Below, one piece after another: positions 22,080-64,000 of a stretch of DNA of 64,000 nucleotides (positions within the stretch are counted from its first letter, which is position 1; each line of letters opens with the position of its first letter). Under the pieces are notes generated by a model, which did no database searches, had not been told where the DNA came from, and saw only the letters and a list, made by a program, of their open reading frames with translations. Source of the DNA: Macrostomum lignano (Eukaryota); assembly GCA_002269645.1 (NCBI GenBank), contig NIVC01001001.1:186001-250000 (forward strand), read 5' to 3'. The translations under genes and the position numbers were made by a program.

Positions 22080-22450
22080 TGGGATTCGAACCTAGGACCT
22101 TTCGAAATCAGAATTTTAGAAATTTGACTAGCAGTTTATATCATAATCCTAATAAGCTTCGGATTCGAACCTAGGACCTTGCGAAATGAAAATTCCACTA
22201 ATATAATAGCATTTTATCTCATAATCGTATTAATCCTAGGATTCGAACCATTGTACGTTGCGAAATAGAAATTGAATAAAAAACATTTTCTTAACTTTAA
22301 GATTCGAACCTCGGACCCTTCTTCACTCTGGAATCGAGAGTAGGACCTTGAAAGTAAAAAAAGACGCGAACTTGAGACCTTACATAAAATTATTGGTGTA
22401 CTTTCCATTCCAAACTTTTATCTTTTGGGATGCGAACCTAGGACCGTGCG
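22080..22450 (-). repeat. Degenerate ~80-bp repeat carrying minus-strand B-box-like GGTTCGAATCC motifs
   Basis: GGATTCGAACC(TAGGACC) at ~22082, ~22161, ~22239 and ~22300, with a variant at ~22428. Confidence 0.7.
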
Positions 22451-23964
22451 GAAGGAAATATAAGTAGCGTTTATTTATCACCCTATTCAGAATTTCGTAG
22501 GACCGTCACTAGCTGTAAGAAACAAAATTGCTTTGTTATTCTAAGCACGCTACATATCGGTGTCGGTGTGAAACATTAGCTATTAGTCTTTCATTGACTT
22601 TCTAATTCGAAAAAATCGCTTTAAACAATGGATTTTTGTTGTTTAAGCGTATCTTGTATGCAAGGAAAATGCAGGCATTTGAAGCGTTACTCCAGTGCAT
22701 TGAGTTATTACTCTTACTTATTTAAAATATTTGTCAGGTCTATTTAAGGCTTCTACGAGCGTATTATTAAAAGCAATAACTTTGTGCACTTTTGCACCAA
22801 CAATTTCTGTTGCATTTTCGCTGTCAAATATGTGCTCTGATATTTAGGAGAAAGGTGCAGCCGTATTTATTTGCTCAAATTTTGTCATATTGGCCTGTAT
22901 ATCTTTGCGAATTAATGTTGCACTTTTGTTGTATATTTTTCTAAAGCCAAGTTGTATAATTTGCTAAATTTGTAAGTTCATTAAAAGTTCATAATTATTT
23001 AATTGCTGACAATGCACGGTAAAAAAAGTCAGTTTTAAATATACACAAGAAGAATCCAACAAATTATACTGATTTATAAATGCAACGTTAAAAATATATT
23101 TCAGTTTTATTGCCTTACTTTATCTTGTACATACCGACCATGTGTACGTAGAATATTTTAATTGTGAAGACCATACAACTTTGTGTTTTAAATGAAGCGC
23201 ATACATCTAAATACACTGAATCTCTAAGGTTTGTATCCATATACTAAAAATGTGAAATTAAAATTACGAACGTAGGATATCAAATGGTAAACTTTATAAT
23301 AAAAATGTATTTAAAATTATATCTTGAAACTATTTTGCATCATACTGCGTACGCTCATGTAATTGTAAATGTAATTAAGAAATGCGCGTGCATCCGTGCA
23401 AAGCCTAAATTTTCCACTAAATTTCGGTCTATGGTATTACGCTTGGAATACCGTATTTTATTTGCATGCACAAGACTGAAATGAAGTATTTGCTGAGTTG
23501 TACTGTATCATTGTGAACAAAGCAATAGCTCAGAAAACAATTCGAAACAAGTTAAATACTTATGTACATAAGTCTTATCGTGCGTTTCAGTTTAGTGGTT
23601 TAAACAAAACAGTAATTATTTTTGCAATTTAACTTTTTATAAGGGACTTTATATTTAATGACGCGTTCAGATAAATTATTTTTTTTCACAGATTTTTAAA
23701 TTCTACTGAAAACTATAAAGCGCGAAAATATATTATACCATGATTTAAAATATTACACCATTTATCGGTCAAGACAGTCGACTAGACATAAGACTGATAG
23801 AGCACATGACGTTTCGTCGGCAATGTAGTCTTTAACTCGTCTGCTTGATCGGATTTTCCCTTTCATCAAAACATCATGCAAAGTTTACGAGCATTACAAG
23901 TATAGTTATTTGCTTTGCGAATTTAGATTTAAAGTTCATTCCGTCTCTTAATCGACATGCAATA

Positions 23965-25510
23965 ATGGCATCTAATTTTGGTCAATTTAATTTCGCCTCT
24001 TCCGTGTCACCATCAGTCTACCAGCAGCAAATTACAGAATGCTCCCTGGAATCAAAGCACGTTATTCTGTATAATTCGACATTTCCATTAAAGGAAAGCT
24101 GTGATGTAATTAGAATTTTAGCATTCGGTCGAGTAAGTAATTGTAAAATTGAAATTTTGAAACATTCAGTATGGGAAAAAATCGCAAAATTGAGAAAATA
24201 TCAGAAAAAAAATAGTTAGTAGTTAATAGTTAAATAATAGTTATTTTTTATTTTTCAAATGAAATAATTGGACGTTTTGCATAAAACCTTTTTTCAAAAC
24301 CATCTAGTACTAAATTCAGAATTGTAATTAATTAATTCCACGAAAATATGTGAGCAGCCTAAAGAATTATAGCGATTTCTTCGTTTTTAAAGCTTAAATT
24401 GAGCTCATATATATTTTTAATTTCTTTTTGAAATGGGATTATTCAAATTAATTACAAATAATATCAAACAAATAATCAAGAAATAATACTTGTTGTAGGT
24501 TGATATACAATATAACAAAAAATTAACTTAAGTTATTTAAGTTTAGATTAACTTTTATATTTTGAGTAACCTTTAGAATGTTTTAATATGGCAAACACAT
24601 CACAATGCGAATTTTTATTTTTTAGAAAATTATTCGATTGTCTAGCAATGAAATTGGTGACAAGCAGCAAGTTCGAGCTCAATTCGCCGTGTCAACTTCT
24701 ACTCAGGTTGCAAAGGACCACGTGTACCACAGAGAGTGCGGTCGGACTTTGTACATATTTATTGTAAATATTTCTTTATGTTAGAATAAGTCCATCTTTT
24801 GATTATTGTAAAAATAGAATGCAACAATTAAAATTATAACAAACCCTTTTACAGCGCTCAAATGAAGACAGTCAACAGGAGAAACTGTCTACAGATTTCT
24901 TTTCGGTACTGGTTGGCACGCTTTTTGGCCTGCTTTTGCTCTTACTAGTTTTCGGTCTGGTTTACAGAATACGTGAGTAGCTGTAATGGGATTCTGCAAT
25001 AGTATGCTGTAAAGGAATACTGTAAGGGATGCTGTATGGGTTGCTGTAAGAGATGCTGCAGAGGATGCTATAAGTGATGCTGTATGCTGTAAGAGTAATG
25101 CTGTAACGGATACTGTAAATGTAAAGGATTCTGTCACATAGGTCAGTCTCTCTATATGAGCTTCAACTGCATCGTCATTCACTTTCAGGTGCAAAATTCT
25201 GCAACTCATCTGCCCAAGAAACTTCGCAACGCAAAGAAGACATGCACGAGGTGAGTCACGTGATGCAGTTATCATTTCTGTCTGAAGCTGTCTTTAAGGA
25301 ATAATCCCATTCCTAAAATACCCCATTCCTAAAAATATCCCTGTTCCTAAAATATCTCATTCCTTAAATATCCCATTCTTAACATATCCCCATTCCATTC
25401 CTACTGGTTTTTACTGCATTTCACAGCTTTCGAATTCGGCTCGAAAGCTTGCTGCAGGAGCTGCTTCTGTGGAGACTCAGCTGATCGAGCAACAACGGGA
25501 GCTGCCACAG
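23965..25510 (+). CDS. Uncharacterised single-pass membrane protein (5 exons seen; 5' and 3' ends uncertain)
   Basis: Exons 23965-24132, 24626-24706, 24855-24972, 25189-25250, 25427-25510, with canonical donors (GTAAGT, GTTGCA, GTGAGT, GTGAGT, GTGAGC) and consistent phases. TM segment FFSVLVGTLFGLLLLLLVFGLVY followed by RIRRAK. No family recognised. Confidence 0.65.
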
Positions 25511-25514
25511 GTGA

Positions 25515-25810
25515 GCAGAATCCCACCCAGAACAGAATCCCATCCTAAATCTCCCAGAATCCATTCTCAATCTCCCAGAATCCCGTCAATCTTCCAGAAT
25601 CCCATCCCTAATCTCCCAGAATCCCATCAATCTTCCAGAATCCCATCCCTAATCTCCCAGAATCTCGTCAATCTTCCAGAATCCCATCCTAATCTCCCAG
25701 AATCCCGTCAATCTTCCAGAATCCTATCTCTAATCTCCCAGAATCCCATCAATCTTCCAGAATCCCATCCCTAATCTCCCAGAATCTCGTCAATGTTCCA
25801 GAATTTTATC
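25515..25810. repeat. Degenerate CCCAGAATCCCATC...AATCT minisatellite
   Basis: Tandem array starting right after donor 25511. Confidence 0.85.
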
Positions 25811-26291
25811 CCCAAGAGTTCGGCAGTTCAGAATAATCGCAAATAATTCCATTCCAATTGGATAAAAAGAGCCAACGCAATGCAGAGTCCGTGCAGTTAT
25901 CAGGGACATCGAAGTCGATGTTATTCAAGTATTTGGATTAGAAACCCCAGCTGGTAAAGCTGAGAAGTAAATTAAAGGCGGACCCAGTATGAGGCTTGAG
26001 CAAATCTTCTTACTTATCTGCAGCAGTTGAGCTGTTAATGCAGTCAAACTCATTTGTGTCTCAGCTGACGTTGGTCACCCAGTTCCATGCTGGGTAATCT
26101 TCATAGCTGTCTATAGAAGGCCTTTCCCAAATCCCAGTCTCGGATTTCGCCCTCAGATTTAATGCAAATGGCAGCGCTGAGTTGAAGCAGCTGGCTTGGT
26201 TTGATGGGGTTGGTTTTGAATTCGGGCCAGAGTTGCGCAACTGACGGCAGTCGCTACAGATCTTCGATTCTATGAGGGAATACTTTGAGAC

Positions 26292-26830
<539 letters not shown>

Positions 26831-27854
26831 CTCAATGCCTTAGGACTAAATGCATTAGTGTTTTAGTGTCAATCAATCAATCAGCCGCAAAAGTCTCTGC
26901 ACGATGCAGCGGCAGAACCCCTCCCCCAAAAGCCAGTCGCACGCCTGTCTCACTCGCACCTGCCCAAACCTCCCTAGAGCGTCAGAAAAAAGGCTTCCGG
27001 GGCTAAAAAAGCCGTTGGTGAGCAGCTCAAACATCTTTGGAGGAAAAAGCGAACCAAGCACTTCATCTCTTTATTTTTCTCTCGCTTGACAAAGAATATT
27101 GTCGTGCCGGAAGGCGAATGCTAGGGTGCTAAAAATAAGATTGATAGGCCTGGTACTCTATATACTTATGTATTCATATAAACTATAGTGAGTAATGTGC
27201 ATTGAAGCGGAAATCAATGCTAGTTGAAGGGCTGAACACGTTGGATTGTTTTATTGGAATGGATTGGCCACAATTAACCAACAATCTCGCAGACTGAACA
27301 GCCAGGTAACTAAGTTAATTTATCCCTGCCCTACAGGGATTAAGTCGGATAAGCCCACCACTTCAGTTTTATAGCATAGCAACGCTAATATTAAGGCACC
27401 ATGTCCTTCCCAATTGAAAACAATATGTCAAAGCTGTGTGACGTGTTTGCCATCAAGATTCTAGGTTTAAATCTCCATGAATACGGTTTGTTCTATTCCA
27501 GATTTCAAGTCTAAAACTCCATGAAACCTGAAGGATCTCAGCGATCTCTTGACTAAAAGCACCGGGGCCTTTCAATTTTAGCGCGGTCTAAGAAATTTGA
27601 CATAGGATGCCGTGTCAGAGAGAGGAGCTTTGCTTAACCGATTACTCTGCCGCTGCCTGCTTTCAAGCCTAGCATTGCTGCTTAATGTGGCTCGCAGCGG
27701 CTTTTGATTAATTGCTGCTGCTACAGGGGTACTGATTTTCTGCTAGGGACAGTTGGGAATAAGTGATGACGGGAGCGGGAGGGGGATAAAATATCCCACA
27801 GAATATCGAGCAGGCAAGTCATCTGACACTCTACCGCCACCTTTGAATAACTTA

Positions 27855-28165
<311 letters not shown>

Positions 28166-28664
28166 ATGGAGGATGAAAAAAATGACGGTATTTGAACTCC
28201 CCTTCCGGCCATAGACGAGCGGCGATCTCATTCGCGTAAAGCAACAATGCATCTATGCGGTCAAAGTAAGTCTCTTTGAATTATAGATAAGAAGAAGTCT
28301 TAAACGGCCTCTTCAGGTGGTAATTATCTCACACAGTTGTTAAAAATGCCAATAGTAAGTCTTGCCTACAGCCAGCTACTTTTTAATTCCTGCAAGCATT
28401 TAATTGTATGCCTACGGGTGAATGGTTTGACAGATGATGAAGTGTGCGGAAGCTGGGACCCACAGGGAGATGTCGCAGAACTGGATTACCAAGTAAAAAA
28501 AAATTCTAAAAAAGAAAATGAAACGTGTCAGAATTCTGTGCTTGGATGACTAATAAAGCATGAAATAATGAGTTGAAGAAATTGCATTTTAAACAATAGG
28601 GTTATGGTTGGAAGTTGGCGCTGACGGTAAAAATATGCGTATCAATATTGACGATGATGATGAT

Positions 28665-29215
28665 AGAAGTTAGAATAGAATAGAATAGAATAGAATAGAT
28701 AGAATAGTTAGAATAGATAGAAGTCAGAATAGAATAGAATAGAATAAAATAAAACATAATAGAATCGAATAGAATAGAACAGAATAGAATAGAATAGAAT
28801 AGAATAGAATAGAATAGAACATAATAGAATCGAATAGAATAGAACAGAATAGAACATAATAGAATAGAATAGAATAGAATAGAATAGAATAGAATAGAAT
28901 AGAATAGAACATAATAGAATCGAATAGAATAGAACAGAATAGAACATAATAGAATAGAATAGAATAGAATAGAATAGAATAGAATAGAATAGAATAGAAT
29001 AGAATAGAATAGAATAAAATAGAATAGAATAGAATAGAATAGAATAGAATAGAATAGAATAGAATAGAATGGAATAGAATAGAATAGAACAGAATGGAAT
29101 GGTGAATGGGATAGAATAGAATAGAACAGAATGGAATGGCCAATGGGATAGAATAGAATAGAACAGAATGGAATGGCGAATGGGATAGAAAAGAATAGAA
29201 TAGATAAGAATATAA
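28665..29215. repeat. (GAATA)n pentanucleotide satellite
   Basis: Directly visible. Confidence 0.98.
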
Positions 29216-29539
29216 TAGCGCATCTTGAAGCGATAGTATAAAAGATCTGCTATGGAGCAGCAGAGTACATGTACTCCCAGCGACCCAGGAATAGCAGTCT
29301 GCTATAAACTGTATAGCAGAAAGCAATCTGAACTAAAAAGCCATGAGAGCCTGTTGTTTGTCAAATTTGTCAAAACAATTTAATGCAAAGCAGTTCACAT
29401 AAAACTATCCATGTAAATGTAAGAAGCTATTCTCATTCATATAGTGACTGTTTTACATTTATTTATGCTGAAAGTTGACTTCAAGAGCAGAGCTAATATA
29501 GATGCCGGAGAAACTTATAGAATTTGATTTGGAAGAGAC

Positions 29540-29965
29540 ATGAGGAATAGAACACAGACAGGCATGAGGGATAGAACACAGACAGGAATGGGGGATAGAA
29601 CACAGACAGGAATGGGGGATAGAACACAGACAGAAATGAGGGGTAGAACACAGACAGGCATGGGGGATAGAACACAGACAGGCATGGGGGATAGAACACA
29701 AACAGGCATGGGGGATAGAACACAGACAGGCATGAGGGATAGAAAACAGACAGGCATGAGGGATAGAACACAGACAGGCATGGGGGATAGAACACAGACA
29801 GGCATGAGCATAGAAAACAGACAGGCATGGGGGATAGAACACAGACAGACATGGGGGATAGAACACAGACAGGCATGAGCATAGAAAACAGACAGGCATG
29901 GGGGATAGAACACAGACAGACATGAGGGATAGAACACAGGCAAACATGGGGGATAGAACACAGAA
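29540..29965. repeat. 24-bp minisatellite GGGATAGAACACAGACAGGCAT(GA/GG)
   Basis: Tandem array ending ~50 nt before acceptor 30018. Confidence 0.95.
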
Positions 29966-30111
29966 CAATAGAAATACAATAGAAATGCAGCCGAGTGTAA
30001 ATTTTATCTCCATCGCAGGTCGGCCAATCAGCCGTGACATCATCCCAGGGCACTACTCATCATCATCAGCAGCCTCAGCAGCATTCGGGTCCACATCAAT
30101 TCCGATCATCA

Positions 30112-61553
<31,442 letters not shown>

Positions 61554-61589
61554 GTAAGTGTGTACTTTTTGGTCTGTACTTTTATAATG

Positions 61590-61915
61590 ACCTCCAATGT
61601 CCATAGAATATGGCCTGCAATGTCCATAGAATATTGCCTGCTATGTCCATAGAATATGGCTTCCAATGTCCATAGAATATGGCCTGCAAATGTCCATAGA
61701 ATATGGCCTGCAATGTCCATAGAATATAGCCTGCAATGTCCATAGAATATAGCATGCAATAACCATAGAATATGGCCTGCAATGTCCATAGAATATGGCC
61801 TGCAATGTCCATAGAATATGGCCTGCAATGTCCATAGAATATGGCTTCCAATGTCTATAGGGGTCTGTGGCTTCCAATGTCCATAGAATATGGCCTGCAA
61901 ATGTCCATAGAATAT
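61590..61915. repeat. ~22-bp minisatellite CAATGTCCATAGAATATGGCCTG
   Basis: Starts ~35 nt after donor 61554. Confidence 0.93.
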
Positions 61916-62404
61916 GAACTTAGTACTTTAAAATTAGCAAACATTAAGGGTATAACAAAGTGACCTTAGCTGCCGTGGATCTCAGGAATATTATATTGCA
62001 TTGTTTATCACTAAAACTGAATAAATTACTGTATCGAGCTGTACAATATAGGCAGCTTATTGATTAACCATTTGAAATTTAAACACGCGGAGTATCTCAT
62101 TATTGATTTTTCGATTTCTCACTCAAGCTTCATCAAAGGGGAGGTCAAGCATTGCTTGTCCAAGTTCTCGGGTTGTCAGCAACACTGGGATGGATTTTTC
62201 CTGTTACAAGTCTCTAATTGAAGCAGATTCCATCTGAGTCAGGCCTTTTTCATGTAACCCCCTTGATTTGCCGTTACAATTGCGCTTCATTCAGAGACAC
62301 AGAGTCTTGATAGCTTTATTCTAAAAATGTTTGATAACTTGACAAACCGTTTACCGATAATTTTATTACATGTAGATTGAGTTTCTTTCAAAAAAATAAA
62401 TTAA

Positions 62405-62687
62405 TTGATTACACCTGCCCTGATGGGCAGATGTGCAACCGACAGCTCAGCCGCAGCTATTGCCCGGCGCACCTGAAGGCTGCTTTCAGTCCAAGGACTG
62501 GGGGGTCGCCACACACACCCTCAATTACCCCAGCTAATGCTGGCACTCATTTTACAGCTGGGTGAACTGAAGCAATGCAGAGTTAAGTGTCTTTCTCAAG
62601 GACACAAATTGTTCCAGTGGGATCGGGAATCGAACCCTCGACCTTCAAGTCGTGAGTCCAACGTTCTAACCCCTAGGCTACAACCCC
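62405..62687 (-). mobile_element. tRNA-derived SINE with a CORE-like central domain
   Basis: Minus strand reads GGGGTTGTAGCCTAGGGGTTAGAAC (A-box-like)...GAGGGTTCGATTCCC (B-box), then TGTGTCCTTGAGAAAGACACTTAACTCTGCATTGCTTCAGTTCACCCAGCTGTAAAATGAG. This closely parallels the CORE domain of MIR-type SINEs (GTGACCTTGGGCAAG...CTTAAC...CTCAGTTT...CTGTAAAATGG), as recalled from memory. The 3' end is approximate. Confidence 0.72.
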
Positions 62688-62904
62688 AGAAATCAGCAAA
62701 CCTAGCATTGTTGTAGCAAATTATTATTTGCAGATCTTAGATGGTAGAATTTTACTAGAGAGGAAATCTAGAGGTAGAAGTGTCAGGTATATAGAAAGCG
62801 CATTGGTAGCTGGATGGATCTGTGAACTAGAATTTCTGGCAGATTTCGAAGTTGATGCAGCAGCCCATGAACTAATTCGAGTTTGGGGTGGCGAGAGAGA
62901 GAGA

Positions 62905-62929
62905 GAGTATGTGTGCGTGTGTGTGCGTG

Positions 62930-62994
<65 letters not shown>

Positions 62995-62995
62995 A
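62905..62995. repeat. (GT)n dinucleotide microsatellite
   Basis: Directly visible. Confidence 0.98.
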
Positions 62996-64000
62996 TTAGG
63001 CATTTCTTGGGACAAGCGTGTATAAACTGACCCGTGCTATTAGGACCAAAAATGTGTTGGGCCAGGCCCAATAAGTGCGTCCTGACACTTCCAAAAATGA
63101 ATTCTATTGAAATGAAAAAATATTCATTGGAACCGTCTTTCGATTCTCCTTTCAAAAATCAATGTGATTTTTTCATATTTTTAATCAAACACGGGGAATC
63201 TAATGATTTGCAGTGTCCTAAGAAGTTTAAAAAATTATGCGAACTGATGGTCTGATCCAACAGAACAATTGGGTCTCAAATCGGAGTTCTCGTTTTATTA
63301 CAATATTTCTTACAATATCAAGAAAGTCTACTACAAGTAACAGATAGAGGTTCTCCACAGGGCTGCCAATCGACACTTGAAAGGATCCTGACATTTGGCA
63401 TCGTGTTTACTATAAAATATGAAATAATTTAATAAAGATTTAGAATATTACAATCAAGCATACAAACCTTATAGATTTAGTATATTTAGATTTTTGCATA
63501 GAAACAGCTTGCATCTAAATTCATTAGCTTCCAATTTCACTTATACACGAAACATGGCAAATTAAGGTTACATCCGCCTGTGCCCTCGGCCATTTTAACT
63601 GAAATTCTCGTTTTCAGTCAGCTGCATTAATCTATTTGTCATATGTGAATGGGTATTAACTGACTCAAGTTAGTGACTGGAGGCCATTAACGTAAAGTGA
63701 CACTTTGAGTGAGGTAGTTTTCCGGTGGAAATTCTCACAGTCTTATGAAGCGCTTTTAGAGCAAAGAAATAAAGGGCAAAGAAAAACTTTGCATTTCCCG
63801 AGAAAACCGAGGACGAGTATTAGAGGGAAACGTTTAATCTCTAAGGCTTTAAATGACTTCCTTATTGGCCTGGGTTTGGGCAGCTATACTATGTAGCAAA
63901 ATTTTTCCTAGAATTATGATAATTATCGTCTGGTATACTGAAATGTACTGAGATACCAAGAAACTTAAGATGACTGCATGGACTACTGCTAGCACATGTT

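Overview
Eukaryotic (metazoan) genomic DNA with GC-rich, spliced exons separated by introns filled with micro- and minisatellites. The style resembles flatworm genomes such as Macrostomum, but that is inference only. Four genes were reconstructed by hand from splice sites and reading-frame phase. (1) HELQ helicase, + strand, 9 exons, 8180-22073, about 1035 aa. (2) A SUN-domain nuclear-envelope gene nested antisense in HELQ intron 6 (18519-16576), sitting between two halves of one ~42-bp minisatellite family. (3) An unassigned single-pass membrane protein gene (+, 23965-25510, ends uncertain). (4) A large signal-peptide/EGF/calcium-binding EGF/TNFR-like-Cys gene (+, from 30112, 16 exons seen, apparently continuing past 61553). 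Mobile DNA: a hAT-type MITE with an 8-bp TSD (950-1136), a head-to-tail dimer of non-autonomous Helitron-like elements carrying minisatellites and a tRNA-like segment (2100-7058), and a tRNA/CORE-type SINE (minus, ~62405-62687). Most long ORFs in the supplied track are translations of tandem repeats, not genes. No CRISPR array, rRNA or intact tRNA was seen. Repeat boundaries and copy numbers are approximate, read by eye.
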